Assembly: GCA_947625725.1 (NCBI GenBank)
Contig: CANQPI010000007.1
Location: forward strand, 2,168 to 66,167
Source: an uncultured Clostridia bacterium
GTDB taxonomy: Bacteria; Bacillota; Clostridia; Christensenellales; CAG-314
Direction of reading: 5' to 3'
DNA: 64,000 nt
How positions within the stretch are numbered: position 1 is the stretch's first letter; each line of letters starts with the position of its first letter. The notes under the pieces are model-generated. The model was not told where the DNA came from. It ran no database searches and saw nothing but the letters and a program-made list of their open reading frames with translations. Shown one piece after another: positions 36,285-44,256 of the stretch. A program made the translations under genes and the position numbers.

Positions 36285-36656
36285 TTAGTCGTCGTGATGA
36301 TGGCACTCGCAATCGGGGTCGTCGCACTCATCGTCGGACATTGCAGCAACTTCTTCTTCCAACTGTTTGTACAGTTCGTCGTAGAGGTCGTCGTCTATCG
36401 GCAAAAAGTTGTAGTACACTTCGTCGCCCTCCTCGACTTCTTGCAGTTCGAAGATCTCCACAATGGGGTCCTCGTCGTCGGCTTGTTGCAAGCAAGCGTA
36501 TTCCTTGCCGTCGCGATCGAGCGTTGCAATGTGATAGAAAGGAATTTGATTTCCGTCCTCGTCCTCCAACATAACGACGTCTTCGTCTACGGTTTCGCAG
36601 TCGCACTCGTCGTGTTCGCAGTCACATTCGTGTTGCTTCTTTTCGTTCTCGTCCAT
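36285..36656 (-). CDS. DUF1292 (YrzB-like) acidic protein with Cys/His-rich N- and C-terminal tails
   Basis: 123-aa ORF. The core ..VVMLEDEDGNQIPFYHIATLDRDGKEYACLQ..IVEIFEL..YNFLPIDDDLYDELY.. fits the DUF1292 pattern. Tails are HECDCEHDECDCE and DECDDPDCECHHHDD. Adjacent to ruvX as in Bacillus (yrrK-yrzB). Confidence 0.75.
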   Translation of the reverse strand: MDENEKKQHECDCEHDECDCETVDEDVVMLEDEDGNQIPFYHIATLDRDGKEYACLQQADDEDPIVEIFELQEVEEGDEVYYNFLPIDDDLYDELYKQLEEEVAAMSDDECDDPDCECHHHDD

Positions 36657-36671
36657 TTTGTTACCTCCAAA

Positions 36672-37088
36672 TTAACTATTTTTGTCCAAATAATTTTGCA
36701 AAATTATCGTTGCGGCGACCTTGTCGATTACCTTTTTGCGGTTTTCGCGGCGAACGTTCCCTTCGATAAGCACGCGCTCGGCGGATAAGGTAGTAAAGCG
36801 TTCGTCCAAAAACTCTATCGGAATGGCGCAAACGGAGCGCAAAATATCGACAAACTCGCGCGTTTTTGCCGTTTGAACGTTTTCGTTACCGTCCAACGAG
36901 AGGGGCAACCCCGAAACGATTTTGTCAACTTGATTTTGTTCCGCCAAATCGGCGATATACCTCGCGTCGCGCTCTACGTCGCCCTTGCGAACGTATGTTT
37001 CCAACGGATTGGCGATTATTTTCATCAGATCCGATACGGCAACGCCTATGCGAACGTCGCCGACGTCCAACGCCATTATTCTGCCCAT
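36672..37088 (-). CDS. ruvX: Holliday-junction-resolvase-like nuclease RuvX/YqgF
   Basis: 138-aa ORF with ..MALDVGDVRIGVAVSD.. The true start may be the second Met (37076). Confidence 0.9.
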   Translation of the reverse strand: MGRIMALDVGDVRIGVAVSDLMKIIANPLETYVRKGDVERDARYIADLAEQNQVDKIVSGLPLSLDGNENVQTAKTREFVDILRSVCAIPIEFLDERFTTLSAERVLIEGNVRRENRKKVIDKVAATIILQNYLDKNS

Positions 37089-37159
37089 AGCAAAAACATT
37101 TTACCACAGGTATTTTGATTTTGACAATACAATTTGAACATTTTGGCAAAGAATTTTGC

Positions 37160-37183
37160 AAAAAGACCGCCACAAAGCGGTCT
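37160..37183 (-). terminator. Rho-independent terminator after the 40-aa ORF
   Basis: Reverse strand reads AGACCGC-uuugug-GCGGUCU followed by UUUU. Two further GC hairpins precede it (37192-37207 and about 37210-37240). Confidence 0.7.
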
Positions 37184-37245
37184 TTGAGCATTGCGCCCCT
37201 GCGGGCGCGGTTTGTCCGAAACGACTCGCGCAAACCGTCGGAACG

Positions 37246-37368
37246 TTACTTCGTCATGTCTTTTACTTTCTTTTTGCCCTTGTTGAGCAACTTTTGCACT
37301 TGCGGTATCTCCGCAACGATCATTCCTGCCGCCGCACCGAGAGCCATACCTATCAAAAGTTTTTTCAT
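37246..37368 (-). CDS. Candidate 40-aa small membrane/amphipathic protein (below the ORF-track size cutoff)
   Basis: Hand translation gives MKKLLIGMALGAAAGMIVAEIPQVQKLLNKGKKKVKDMTK. Strong RBS AAGGGAGG 5 nt before ATG 37368, and a terminator 62 nt after the stop. Confidence 0.45.
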   Translation of the reverse strand: MKKLLIGMALGAAAGMIVAEIPQVQKLLNKGKKKVKDMTK

Positions 37369-37440
37369 ACATTCCTCCCTTAACGTTTCTGCTGTTAGTG
37401 TGTAAAACGTGCGGAAATATATACATTTTTGTCAAAAATT

Positions 37441-37474
37441 GAATACTATGTCAGAAATAGTATTATATAAAACG
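37441..37474. repeat. Copy A of the recurrent quasi-palindromic element
   Basis: Plus strand reads GAATACTATGTCAGAAATAGTATTATATAAAACG. It contains the 8-bp inverted repeat AATACTAT/ATAGTATT. On the reverse strand, 26/28 nt are identical to copy B. Confidence 0.55.
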
Positions 37475-37597
37475 ACCGAAACAAGCATAGTTTGCTATTT
37501 TTGCGGCAAATAAAAAGGCATACCGCCTTGCGACGATCTGCCCGTAAATAACTGTTTGCTGTCAAATAACAATTCTTTTTCGTTCAAAGACGGCGTA

Positions 37598-38002
37598 TCA
37601 AACGTACTCCACTTTGGATTTGTCCACTTGTTTGCCCTCTTTCTTGGCGCGGTAGTCCTCGATCGCTTTCTTGATGGCTTCCTCGGCAAGCACCGAACAG
37701 TGTATCTTTTGGGGAGGCAGACCTTCGAGTTCCTCTACAACGCGCGCATTGGTGAGTTTGAGCGCCTCGTCAACGGTCATGCCTATCACCATTTGCGTTG
37801 CGGTAGAACTCGTCGCGATTGCCGCGGCACAACCGAAAGTCTGAAATTTGGCGTCTACTATCACGTCGTTTTCGATACGGAGCGTTATGCGCATGATGTC
37901 GCCGCAAGTGGCGTTGCCTACCGTGCCCTCTCCGTCGGGGTTTTCGATCTCTCCGACATTTTGGGGATGGGCAAAAGCGTCCAAAACTTTTTGATTATAC
38001 AT
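37598..38002 (-). CDS. iscU: Fe-S cluster scaffold protein IscU/NifU-type
   Basis: 134-aa ORF with ..NATCGDIM.., ..FGCAAAIA.. and ..IHCS.. Cys ligands. Confidence 0.9.
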   Translation of the reverse strand: MYNQKVLDAFAHPQNVGEIENPDGEGTVGNATCGDIMRITLRIENDVIVDAKFQTFGCAAAIATSSTATQMVIGMTVDEALKLTNARVVEELEGLPPQKIHCSVLAEEAIKKAIEDYRAKKEGKQVDKSKVEYV

Positions 38003-39176
38003 TGTAAGTTCCTCCTTTTTTCAAGTCAAACAGCGGCGACATTTCGCGCAGGCGCGATATTGTCTGTTTGAGAGTATCGACGATATAGTCCACTTGCTCC
38101 GCTGTGTTGTGTTTGCCAAAACTAAAACGAATAGAGCCGTGCGACACCTCGATCGGCACGCCCATTGCAAGCAGTACGTGCGAGGGGTCCAGACTGCCGC
38201 TACTGCACGCGGAACCGCTACTGACGGCAATTCCGTTGAAGTCCAACAACATAAGTATTCCCTCGCCCTCCACAAACTCAAAACTGTAATTGGCAATGCT
38301 CGGCACGCGGTGCGCTTTGTTGCCGTTTTGACGAATGAAAGGTATCTCCCTCTCCACGCGCTGTTCGAAGTGATCGCGCAATGCGGCGATATACGCGTTG
38401 TTCTCCGCAAGATTTTCTCGCGAGAGTTGCAATGCGCGCGCCATTCCGACCACCGCAGGGGTGTTTGTCGTGCCGCCGCGCTGTGCGCGCTCCTGTCCTC
38501 CGCCGCAAATAAGTTTGTCGATCTTGACCCCGTTGCGAATGTATAGCGCGCCGACGCCTTTCGGACCGTAGAACTTGTGCCCCGAAATCGTCAGCAGATC
38601 CACGCCCAACTCCTTGACGTCGATATTCATGTATGGTATTGCCTGTACCGCGTCGGTATGGAACAGCGCGCCGTGCTTGTGAGCCGCTTCCGCAAGTTGC
38701 TTTATCGGCTGGATAGTCCCCACTTCGTTGTTGGCATACATAACGGAAACGATCGTCGTTTGATCGTCCAACGCCTTTTCCAAGTCTTCGACATGCACAA
38801 GTCCCGTGCCGTCCACAGGCAGGCGCGTCACACGGAAGCCGTTGTTTTCCAACCATTCGGCGGCAACAAGTATCGCGTGGTGTTCTATCGACGAGATTAT
38901 TACGTGATTGCCCTTGTCCTTTCGGTGCAGGGCGACGCCTTTGAGAGCCCAATTGTCCGCTTCAGTCCCGCTACCCGTAAAATACAGTTCGTTGGGTTTG
39001 CAACCGAGTATTTTCGCCACGGTGTCGCGCGCGTCGGCAACGGCTTTTGCCGTTTCTCTGCCGAAACAATGCTGACTGTCCGCGTTGCCGAATTCGTCGG
39101 TAAAATAGGGAAGCATTGCCTGTACTACCCTGTTGTCGCAGGGCGTTGACGCGGCGTAATCCGCATAAACTTTCAT
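37995..39176 (-). CDS. iscS: Cysteine desulfurase (NifS/IscS type)
   Basis: Track ORF trimmed to MKVYADYAASTP.. (ATG 39176, overlapping the regulator stop). PLP-Lys motif SGHKFYGPKG and catalytic SSGSACSS. Confidence 0.9.
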   Translation of the reverse strand: MKVYADYAASTPCDNRVVQAMLPYFTDEFGNADSQHCFGRETAKAVADARDTVAKILGCKPNELYFTGSGTEADNWALKGVALHRKDKGNHVIISSIEHHAILVAAEWLENNGFRVTRLPVDGTGLVHVEDLEKALDDQTTIVSVMYANNEVGTIQPIKQLAEAAHKHGALFHTDAVQAIPYMNIDVKELGVDLLTISGHKFYGPKGVGALYIRNGVKIDKLICGGGQERAQRGGTTNTPAVVGMARALQLSRENLAENNAYIAALRDHFEQRVEREIPFIRQNGNKAHRVPSIANYSFEFVEGEGILMLLDFNGIAVSSGSACSSGSLDPSHVLLAMGVPIEVSHGSIRFSFGKHNTAEQVDYIVDTLKQTISRLREMSPLFDLKKGGTYNV

Positions 39177-39577
39177 ATATTGTCCTCCGCAAGTTGAGAA
39201 AGAGTTACCGTATCCAAGTAGGAATTGATGTTTTCGTACAGTTTGCCCCACAAATTGTGCGCGACGCACGTTCCGCGTTGAGCGCACTCGCCGTGCAGAC
39301 AATCGACGATCTCCAAATTGTCCTCAACAGCCCTCAACACGCGACCGACCGTCAACGTGTAGGGACTTTCCGTCAATTTGTATCCGCCCGTTGCGCCCCT
39401 CGTTGCCGTAACAATGTTTTGCTTTTTCATCAAAGCGATTATCTGTTCGAGGTATTTTTCCGACACGCCGGTCTTTTGCGACAGGGTGGTTACGTTGGTG
39501 TACTCGTCTTTGTTGTAGTTTTGGGCGAGTTCCACGGCAACATACAAGCCGTATCTCGCTTTTGACGACATTTTCAT
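39173..39577 (-). CDS. iscR: Rrf2-family transcriptional regulator (IscR/CymR-like)
   Basis: Track TTG start trimmed to ATG 39577 (MKMSSKARYGLY..). Rrf2 wHTH region, and three Cys (..CLHGECAQRGTC..) consistent with Fe-S ligation. Confidence 0.8.
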   Translation of the reverse strand: MKMSSKARYGLYVAVELAQNYNKDEYTNVTTLSQKTGVSEKYLEQIIALMKKQNIVTATRGATGGYKLTESPYTLTVGRVLRAVEDNLEIVDCLHGECAQRGTCVAHNLWGKLYENINSYLDTVTLSQLAEDNI

Positions 39578-39596
39578 CTTCAATTCCTACCAATTT

Positions 39597-39634
39597 ACTA
39601 TGAATAGTTTACTACTATTGTAATCGTGTGTCAA
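39597..39634 (-). promoter_or_regulatory. Promoter candidate TTGACA-17-TAAACT with an overlapping palindrome ACTAT-GA-ATAGT (possible Rrf2 operator)
   Basis: On the reverse strand, -35 is at 39634-29 and -10 at 39611-06. The palindrome at 39597-39608 spans the -10/+1 region. Direct repeats of TAGTAAA flank it. Confidence 0.4.
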
Positions 39635-39716
39635 ACATTTTAGACAACTACAAGCAAAGTTAACGACAAAATATTTTTTTTTGCGGAATTTTCGCATACC
39701 GCCTAATAACGCGAAC

Positions 39717-39744
39717 AAAAAAGGCGACTTAATACCAAGTCGCC
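39717..39744 (-). terminator. Rho-independent terminator after trxA
   Basis: Reverse strand reads GGCGACUU-gguauu-AAGUCGCC followed by UUUUUU. Confidence 0.8.
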
Positions 39745-39768
39745 CAAATTTTTGCTACAAATTATTTG

Positions 39769-40080
39769 TTAAATGTGTTTGGAAATGGTATCCGTCAGTT
39801 CGTCCTCGTCGCACAAACCGATAAGGCGATCGACAAGTTCACCGTCTTTGAATATGCAAACGTTGGGAATGGACACGATTTTGAAACGCTTGGCAAGATC
39901 CATTGCGTTGTCCACGTCCACCTTGCCGAACTTGACGTCCGTCATTTTGTCCGCCACCTCGTCGAGAATGGGCGCGAGCATTTTGCAAGGTCCGCACCAA
40001 TTAGCCCAAAAGTCCACCACGACGGTGCCTTGCGAAATAAATTGATCGAAATTTTCCGTTACATCGGGTAATTTACTCAT
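39769..40080 (-). CDS. trxA: Thioredoxin
   Basis: 103-aa ORF with the WANWCGPCKM active site. Confidence 0.9.
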   Translation of the reverse strand: MSKLPDVTENFDQFISQGTVVVDFWANWCGPCKMLAPILDEVADKMTDVKFGKVDVDNAMDLAKRFKIVSIPNVCIFKDGELVDRLIGLCDEDELTDTISKHI

Positions 40081-40606
40081 TGTTATCTCCTTTTTCGTTA
40101 TTTTCGTTTTTGTTGTCCGATATTTCTTGGTCGATACCGTCGGGGAGTTGTTCCGTCCCTGTGTCCGCGCCGTTGACGTCGGTTTGTCGCGAACCGTTTG
40201 ACGTGCCGACGATTTCCACTATACGCGGCGTTTCCATCCATTTGTGACGGCGCAATTTGTCTATCAAAGCGACGACGGCAAATCCCACAGCCAAACCGCC
40301 CGCAAACATAACCGCCGCCGCCCAATCGGGCAAATGTATGCCGATAGCGACAAAAAGAAATGCAAGCGCGGGTATCAGCGGAATGAAATACCCCACCAAC
40401 GCCAATTTTGCGCTGTTGGTTTCGGGTATATCCAACGCCACCGTATCGCCGACAGACGCGCCCGCTTCGTTGGAGGCGAGAAAATCTACGTGTTTTTGAT
40501 TTTCCGTCATACCGCATTTTCCGCACGAACCGCAAGCGGAATTTCTGCCGACGCGCACTTTGGCAAAGTCCTTTTGGACGTCAAGCACCACACCGCGCTC
40601 AATCAT
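40073..40606 (-). CDS. RseC/MucC-family (SoxR-reducing-system-like) membrane protein
   Basis: Track ORF trimmed to MIERGVVLDVQKDFAKVRVGRNSACGSCGKCG.. (ATG 40606, GAGGAA RBS). N-terminal Cys cluster, two TM helices, and a low-complexity acidic tail. 8-nt overlap with the trxA start. Confidence 0.7.
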   Translation of the reverse strand: MIERGVVLDVQKDFAKVRVGRNSACGSCGKCGMTENQKHVDFLASNEAGASVGDTVALDIPETNSAKLALVGYFIPLIPALAFLFVAIGIHLPDWAAAVMFAGGLAVGFAVVALIDKLRRHKWMETPRIVEIVGTSNGSRQTDVNGADTGTEQLPDGIDQEISDNKNENNEKGDNNE

Positions 40607-42395
40607 TGTGTTCCTCGCAAACAATGGCAAGTTCTTTGAGTTGTTTGTCGTCCACGGGGGAGGGGGCGTCGCTCATCATATCGCTGGCGTTTTGCATTTT
40701 GGGGAAGGCAATTACGTCCTTGATGTTGTTGGTATCCGTCAGCACCATGACCAAACGGTCCAGCCCGAGAGCCAAACCGCCGTGAGGGGGCGTTCCGTAT
40801 TTGAACGCGTCCACGAAAAAGCCGAAACGTTCGGCGATCTGCTCGTCGGTAAAGCCCAACGCCTCGAACATCAACGTTTGCACGTCGCGATTGTAGATAC
40901 GCATAGATCCGCCGCCCATCTCGTCGCCGTTGATAACAACGTCGTACGCTTTGGCGCGAACGCGCGCGGGATCGGTTTTCATATAGGGCAAATCTTCGTT
41001 TTTGGGGCTGGTAAACGGGTGATGCATAGCGACATAACGTCCTTCCTCCTCCGAATACTCGAACAGCGGAAAATCCACCACCCACAACGCGGCAAAGTCG
41101 CCCTTGCGATACATTTCGAACCTGGCAGCCAAGTGGCAACGCAACGCGCCGAGAGATACGACCGCCGTTTGCCAATCGGCGTCGGCGACGATCAGGGCAA
41201 TGTCGCCCTGCTCCATTTGCAGACTATTGCCGATAGCCGCAAGTTCCTGTTCGGTAACTGCCTTGGCGAAACTGCACTTTACGCCATCCTTGCCCAAACC
41301 GTACCAGGCAAGCCCTTTCGCCTTGTAGGTTTTGACAAATTCCGCAAGTTTGTCCAAATCCTTGCGGGACAACTTGTCCGCGCCCTGTTTCAAAACGATA
41401 GCGCGCACCGTGCCGCCCTCTTTGAGCGCGTTGGCAAACACGACGAAATTGCTGTTTGATACAGTTTCGTCCAAACGTTGAATTTCCATACCGAAGCGAA
41501 GATCGGGCTTGTCCGATCCGAACCTGTTCATACACTCCGTCCAGGGCAAGCGTTGAAAATGTTCGGGCAACTCCACGCCGCGAATTTCGCGGAATATCTT
41601 GACGAGCAAACCCTCGGTCAAAGTCATAACTTCTTCTTCGCGGTCCACAAAACTCATTTCCAAGTCGATTTGCGTAAACTCCGGTTGACGGTTTGCGCGC
41701 AAGTCCTCGTCGCGGAAGCACTTGGCGATTTGAAAATATCTGTCCATGCCGCCTATCATCAACAACTGTTTGTACAGTTGCGGCGATTGCGGCAAGGCGT
41801 AGAAACTTCCTTGGCGAATACGGCTGGGTACAAGATAATCTCGCGCGCCCTCGGGAGTGGATTTGCCGAGCATGGGCGTTTCCACTTCGATAAAGCCGTT
41901 TTCCGCAAGATAATTGCGCGTGATTTGGCAAATTTTGCTGCGCGTTATGAGATTTTGCTGCAACTCGGGTCTGCGAAGATCCAAATATCTGTATTTGAGC
42001 CGAAGCGTTTCGTTTGCGCCGTCATCACCGACGGAGAAAGGAGTCGTGTCCGCTTCGGAAAGTATTTTCAGTTCTTCGGCGACAAGTTCTACTTCGCCCG
42101 TTTTCATGTTGGGATTGACGTTGTTTCCCACGCGGCGACGCACTTTGCCTCTGACGCAAATTACGTATTCCAATTTGAGCGTGGCCGCTTTGTCAAGCAA
42201 ATTTTGATCGCAAAAATCGGTATCGAACACGATTTGAACAATGCCGCTGCGATCCCTCAATTGCAAAAATATGAGTCCGCCCAAATCTCTGCGCCTGTGT
42301 ACCCACCCCATCAAGGTGAGTTCTTTGCCTATATGCTCTGTCGAAACCTCTCCGCACATCAAACTGCGGCGTTGTCCGTTCAGTAGTTCTGCCAT
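40599..42395 (-). CDS. aspS: Aspartate--tRNA ligase
   Basis: 598-aa ORF, class II AspRS with an N-terminal OB fold (..GWVHRRRDLGGLIFLQLRD..) and ..GGGSMRI... Confidence 0.95.
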   Translation of the reverse strand: MAELLNGQRRSLMCGEVSTEHIGKELTLMGWVHRRRDLGGLIFLQLRDRSGIVQIVFDTDFCDQNLLDKAATLKLEYVICVRGKVRRRVGNNVNPNMKTGEVELVAEELKILSEADTTPFSVGDDGANETLRLKYRYLDLRRPELQQNLITRSKICQITRNYLAENGFIEVETPMLGKSTPEGARDYLVPSRIRQGSFYALPQSPQLYKQLLMIGGMDRYFQIAKCFRDEDLRANRQPEFTQIDLEMSFVDREEEVMTLTEGLLVKIFREIRGVELPEHFQRLPWTECMNRFGSDKPDLRFGMEIQRLDETVSNSNFVVFANALKEGGTVRAIVLKQGADKLSRKDLDKLAEFVKTYKAKGLAWYGLGKDGVKCSFAKAVTEQELAAIGNSLQMEQGDIALIVADADWQTAVVSLGALRCHLAARFEMYRKGDFAALWVVDFPLFEYSEEEGRYVAMHHPFTSPKNEDLPYMKTDPARVRAKAYDVVINGDEMGGGSMRIYNRDVQTLMFEALGFTDEQIAERFGFFVDAFKYGTPPHGGLALGLDRLVMVLTDTNNIKDVIAFPKMQNASDMMSDAPSPVDDKQLKELAIVCEEHND

Positions 42396-42409
42396 TGCTT
42401 TCTCCTGTT

Positions 42410-43693
42410 TTACAAAACGTATTTTTTGAGATTACGGGACTCGGTACGGAAGTTGTTGATAACGTACTCTCTGTCGATAACAACTTTCTTTTGCTGTCCG
42501 TCCTCGTCTATGTCGTACGAAATATCCTCGACTATGTGTTCCATTATGCTTTGAAGGCGGCGCGCGCCGATATCCTCCAAGGTGTTGTTTTGGTCAAAGG
42601 CGACGTTGGCGATCTCCTCTATACCGTCCTCGGTGAAACTGAGGTCGATATTGTCCACCGCAAGAAGTTTTTTGTACTGTTGAGTGATGGCGTTTTCCGG
42701 CACGGTGAGGATTTTGATAAAATCTTCCACGCCAAGGCTGTCCAACTCCACCAGAACGGGAAAACGACCTTGCAATTCCGGTATCAGATCGGATACCTTG
42801 CTGACGTGAAATGCGCCGCTGGCAATGAACAAAATGTAGTCGGTTTTGATGTTTCCGTATTTGGTGGAAACGGTACACCCTTCCACTATCGGCAAGATGT
42901 CGCGCTGTACGCCCTCGCGAGAAACGTCCGGACCGTTTTGCGACGCTTTGCCCGCGATTTTGTCCATTTCGTCGATAAAAATTACGCCGTCGTTTTCGGC
43001 GCGCTTCAACGCCTCGCTCTCGACGCTGTCCAAATCAATGAGTTTTTCGCTTTCTTCCGAAGCCAAAATACGCAACGCTTCCTCTACCGTCACAGTGCGT
43101 TTTTTCGTTTTCTTGGGGAGCATATCGCCGAAAATACTGCCGATATTTATTTCTCCGCCGCCCGCTTGCAATTCGACGGGTTTAGGTATATCGGCGACGG
43201 AAATTTCCACCTGCATCTGATCGAGATTGTGCTTGGAAACTTCGTCTATCACGGCGACTTTGGTTATGCCCTCGGGCAATTCCTTTGATTGTTTGAGCAA
43301 CAACTCCGCCACTCTGTCCACTGCGCGCTCAAACGCGCGAGCCTCCACTTCCTTGTAGCGTTCGTCCTTGACAAGGCGTATGGACACCTCTACCAGATCG
43401 CGGATCATGCTTTCCACATCTCTGCCGACGTAGCCCACCTCGGTGTACTTTGTCGCTTCCACTTTGAGGAAAGGCGCTTTGACGAGTTTGGCAAGCCTGC
43501 GAGCGATCTCCGTCTTGCCCACGCCCGTGGGACCTTTCATAATGATATTTTTGGGAGTGATCTCCTCGCGATCGGCAAGGGGCAGTTTGCTACGGCGATA
43601 CCTGTTGCGCAAAGCGATCGCTACGGCTTTCTTTGCGTTGAACTGTCCGACAATGTATCTGTCAAGTTCGTTTACTATTTGTTTGGGCGTCAT
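42410..43693 (-). CDS. hslU: ATP-dependent protease ATPase subunit HslU (ClpY)
   Basis: 427-aa ORF with Walker A GPTGVGKTEIARRLA and IFIDEMDKI. Confidence 0.95.
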   Translation of the reverse strand: MTPKQIVNELDRYIVGQFNAKKAVAIALRNRYRRSKLPLADREEITPKNIIMKGPTGVGKTEIARRLAKLVKAPFLKVEATKYTEVGYVGRDVESMIRDLVEVSIRLVKDERYKEVEARAFERAVDRVAELLLKQSKELPEGITKVAVIDEVSKHNLDQMQVEISVADIPKPVELQAGGGEINIGSIFGDMLPKKTKKRTVTVEEALRILASEESEKLIDLDSVESEALKRAENDGVIFIDEMDKIAGKASQNGPDVSREGVQRDILPIVEGCTVSTKYGNIKTDYILFIASGAFHVSKVSDLIPELQGRFPVLVELDSLGVEDFIKILTVPENAITQQYKKLLAVDNIDLSFTEDGIEEIANVAFDQNNTLEDIGARRLQSIMEHIVEDISYDIDEDGQQKKVVIDREYVINNFRTESRNLKKYVL

Positions 43694-43694
43694 A

Positions 43695-44246
43695 CTAAGC
43701 CTCCTCTACGGTTATGTGACCGTTGGTAAACACGCATATTTCACTTGCGATTTCCAAAGATTTGCGCGCGATTTCCGTCGCGGACAAATCGGTGTTGCGG
43801 ATCAACGCCTTGGCTGCCGCCAGCGCGTAGTTGCCGCCGCTGCCGATTGCGCAAACTCCGTCGTCCGGTTCGATGACGTCGCCCGTTCCCGAAAGCAAAT
43901 AAATGCTTTCCTTGTCGGCGACGATCATCATTGCCTCCAACTTGCGCATTATGTTATCTCTGCGCCAAAGTTGAGCGACTTCCACTGCCGAACGCAGCAA
44001 ATTTCCGCTGAATTTTTGCAACATTTCTTCGAATTTTTCCGAAAGGGTAAACGCGTCCGCCACCGAGCCTGCAAAACCCGTGACGATCTTTCCGTCGTAG
44101 ATACGGCGAACTTTGACGGCGTTACCTTTCATAATTACATTTTGTCCTTGCGTTACCTGTCCGTCGCCCGCAACGGCGATTTTGCCGTCGCGTTTGACGG
44201 CGCATATTGTTGTTCCCTTGATAGTATCGGCAAAAACTTCTGACAT
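43695..44246 (-). CDS. hslV: ATP-dependent protease subunit HslV (ClpQ)
   Basis: 183-aa ORF with ..[22 protein letters not shown]... Confidence 0.95.
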   Translation of the reverse strand: MSEVFADTIKGTTICAVKRDGKIAVAGDGQVTQGQNVIMKGNAVKVRRIYDGKIVTGFAGSVADAFTLSEKFEEMLQKFSGNLLRSAVEVAQLWRRDNIMRKLEAMMIVADKESIYLLSGTGDVIEPDDGVCAIGSGGNYALAAAKALIRNTDLSATEIARKSLEIASEICVFTNGHITVEEA

Positions 44247-44256
44247 AGTGTTCTCC

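Noticed and set aside
36135-36788. 217-aa hydrophobic plus-strand ORF that looks like a membrane protein.
   Set aside because: It is the antisense frame of the acidic DUF1292 gene and the ruvX 3' end, where Asp/Glu codons read backwards give Val/Leu/Phe. The minus-strand genes have an RBS, family motifs and a terminator.
37441-37474. Interpreting the recurrent element as a CodY box (AATTTTCWGAAAATT), Spo0A box (TGTCGAA), SpoIIID site, LexA/Cheo box, ARG box, or a sigma-E/G/K promoter.
   Set aside because: Only partial resemblance was found. The central TTC-W-GA matches CodY, but only about 8/15 overall. The 0A box needs a 1-nt deletion. CATAnTA resembles forespore -10 elements but has no acceptable -35 at the right spacing. 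None is good enough to assert.
44237-44250. A possible fifth copy of the element at the hslV start codon (plus strand CTTCTGACATAGTG).
   Set aside because: Only the 12-13-nt core matches, in the opposite orientation, with no flanking similarity. It encodes the RBS-start region (ACTATGTCAGAAG gives Met-Ser-Glu). It is probably coincidental.
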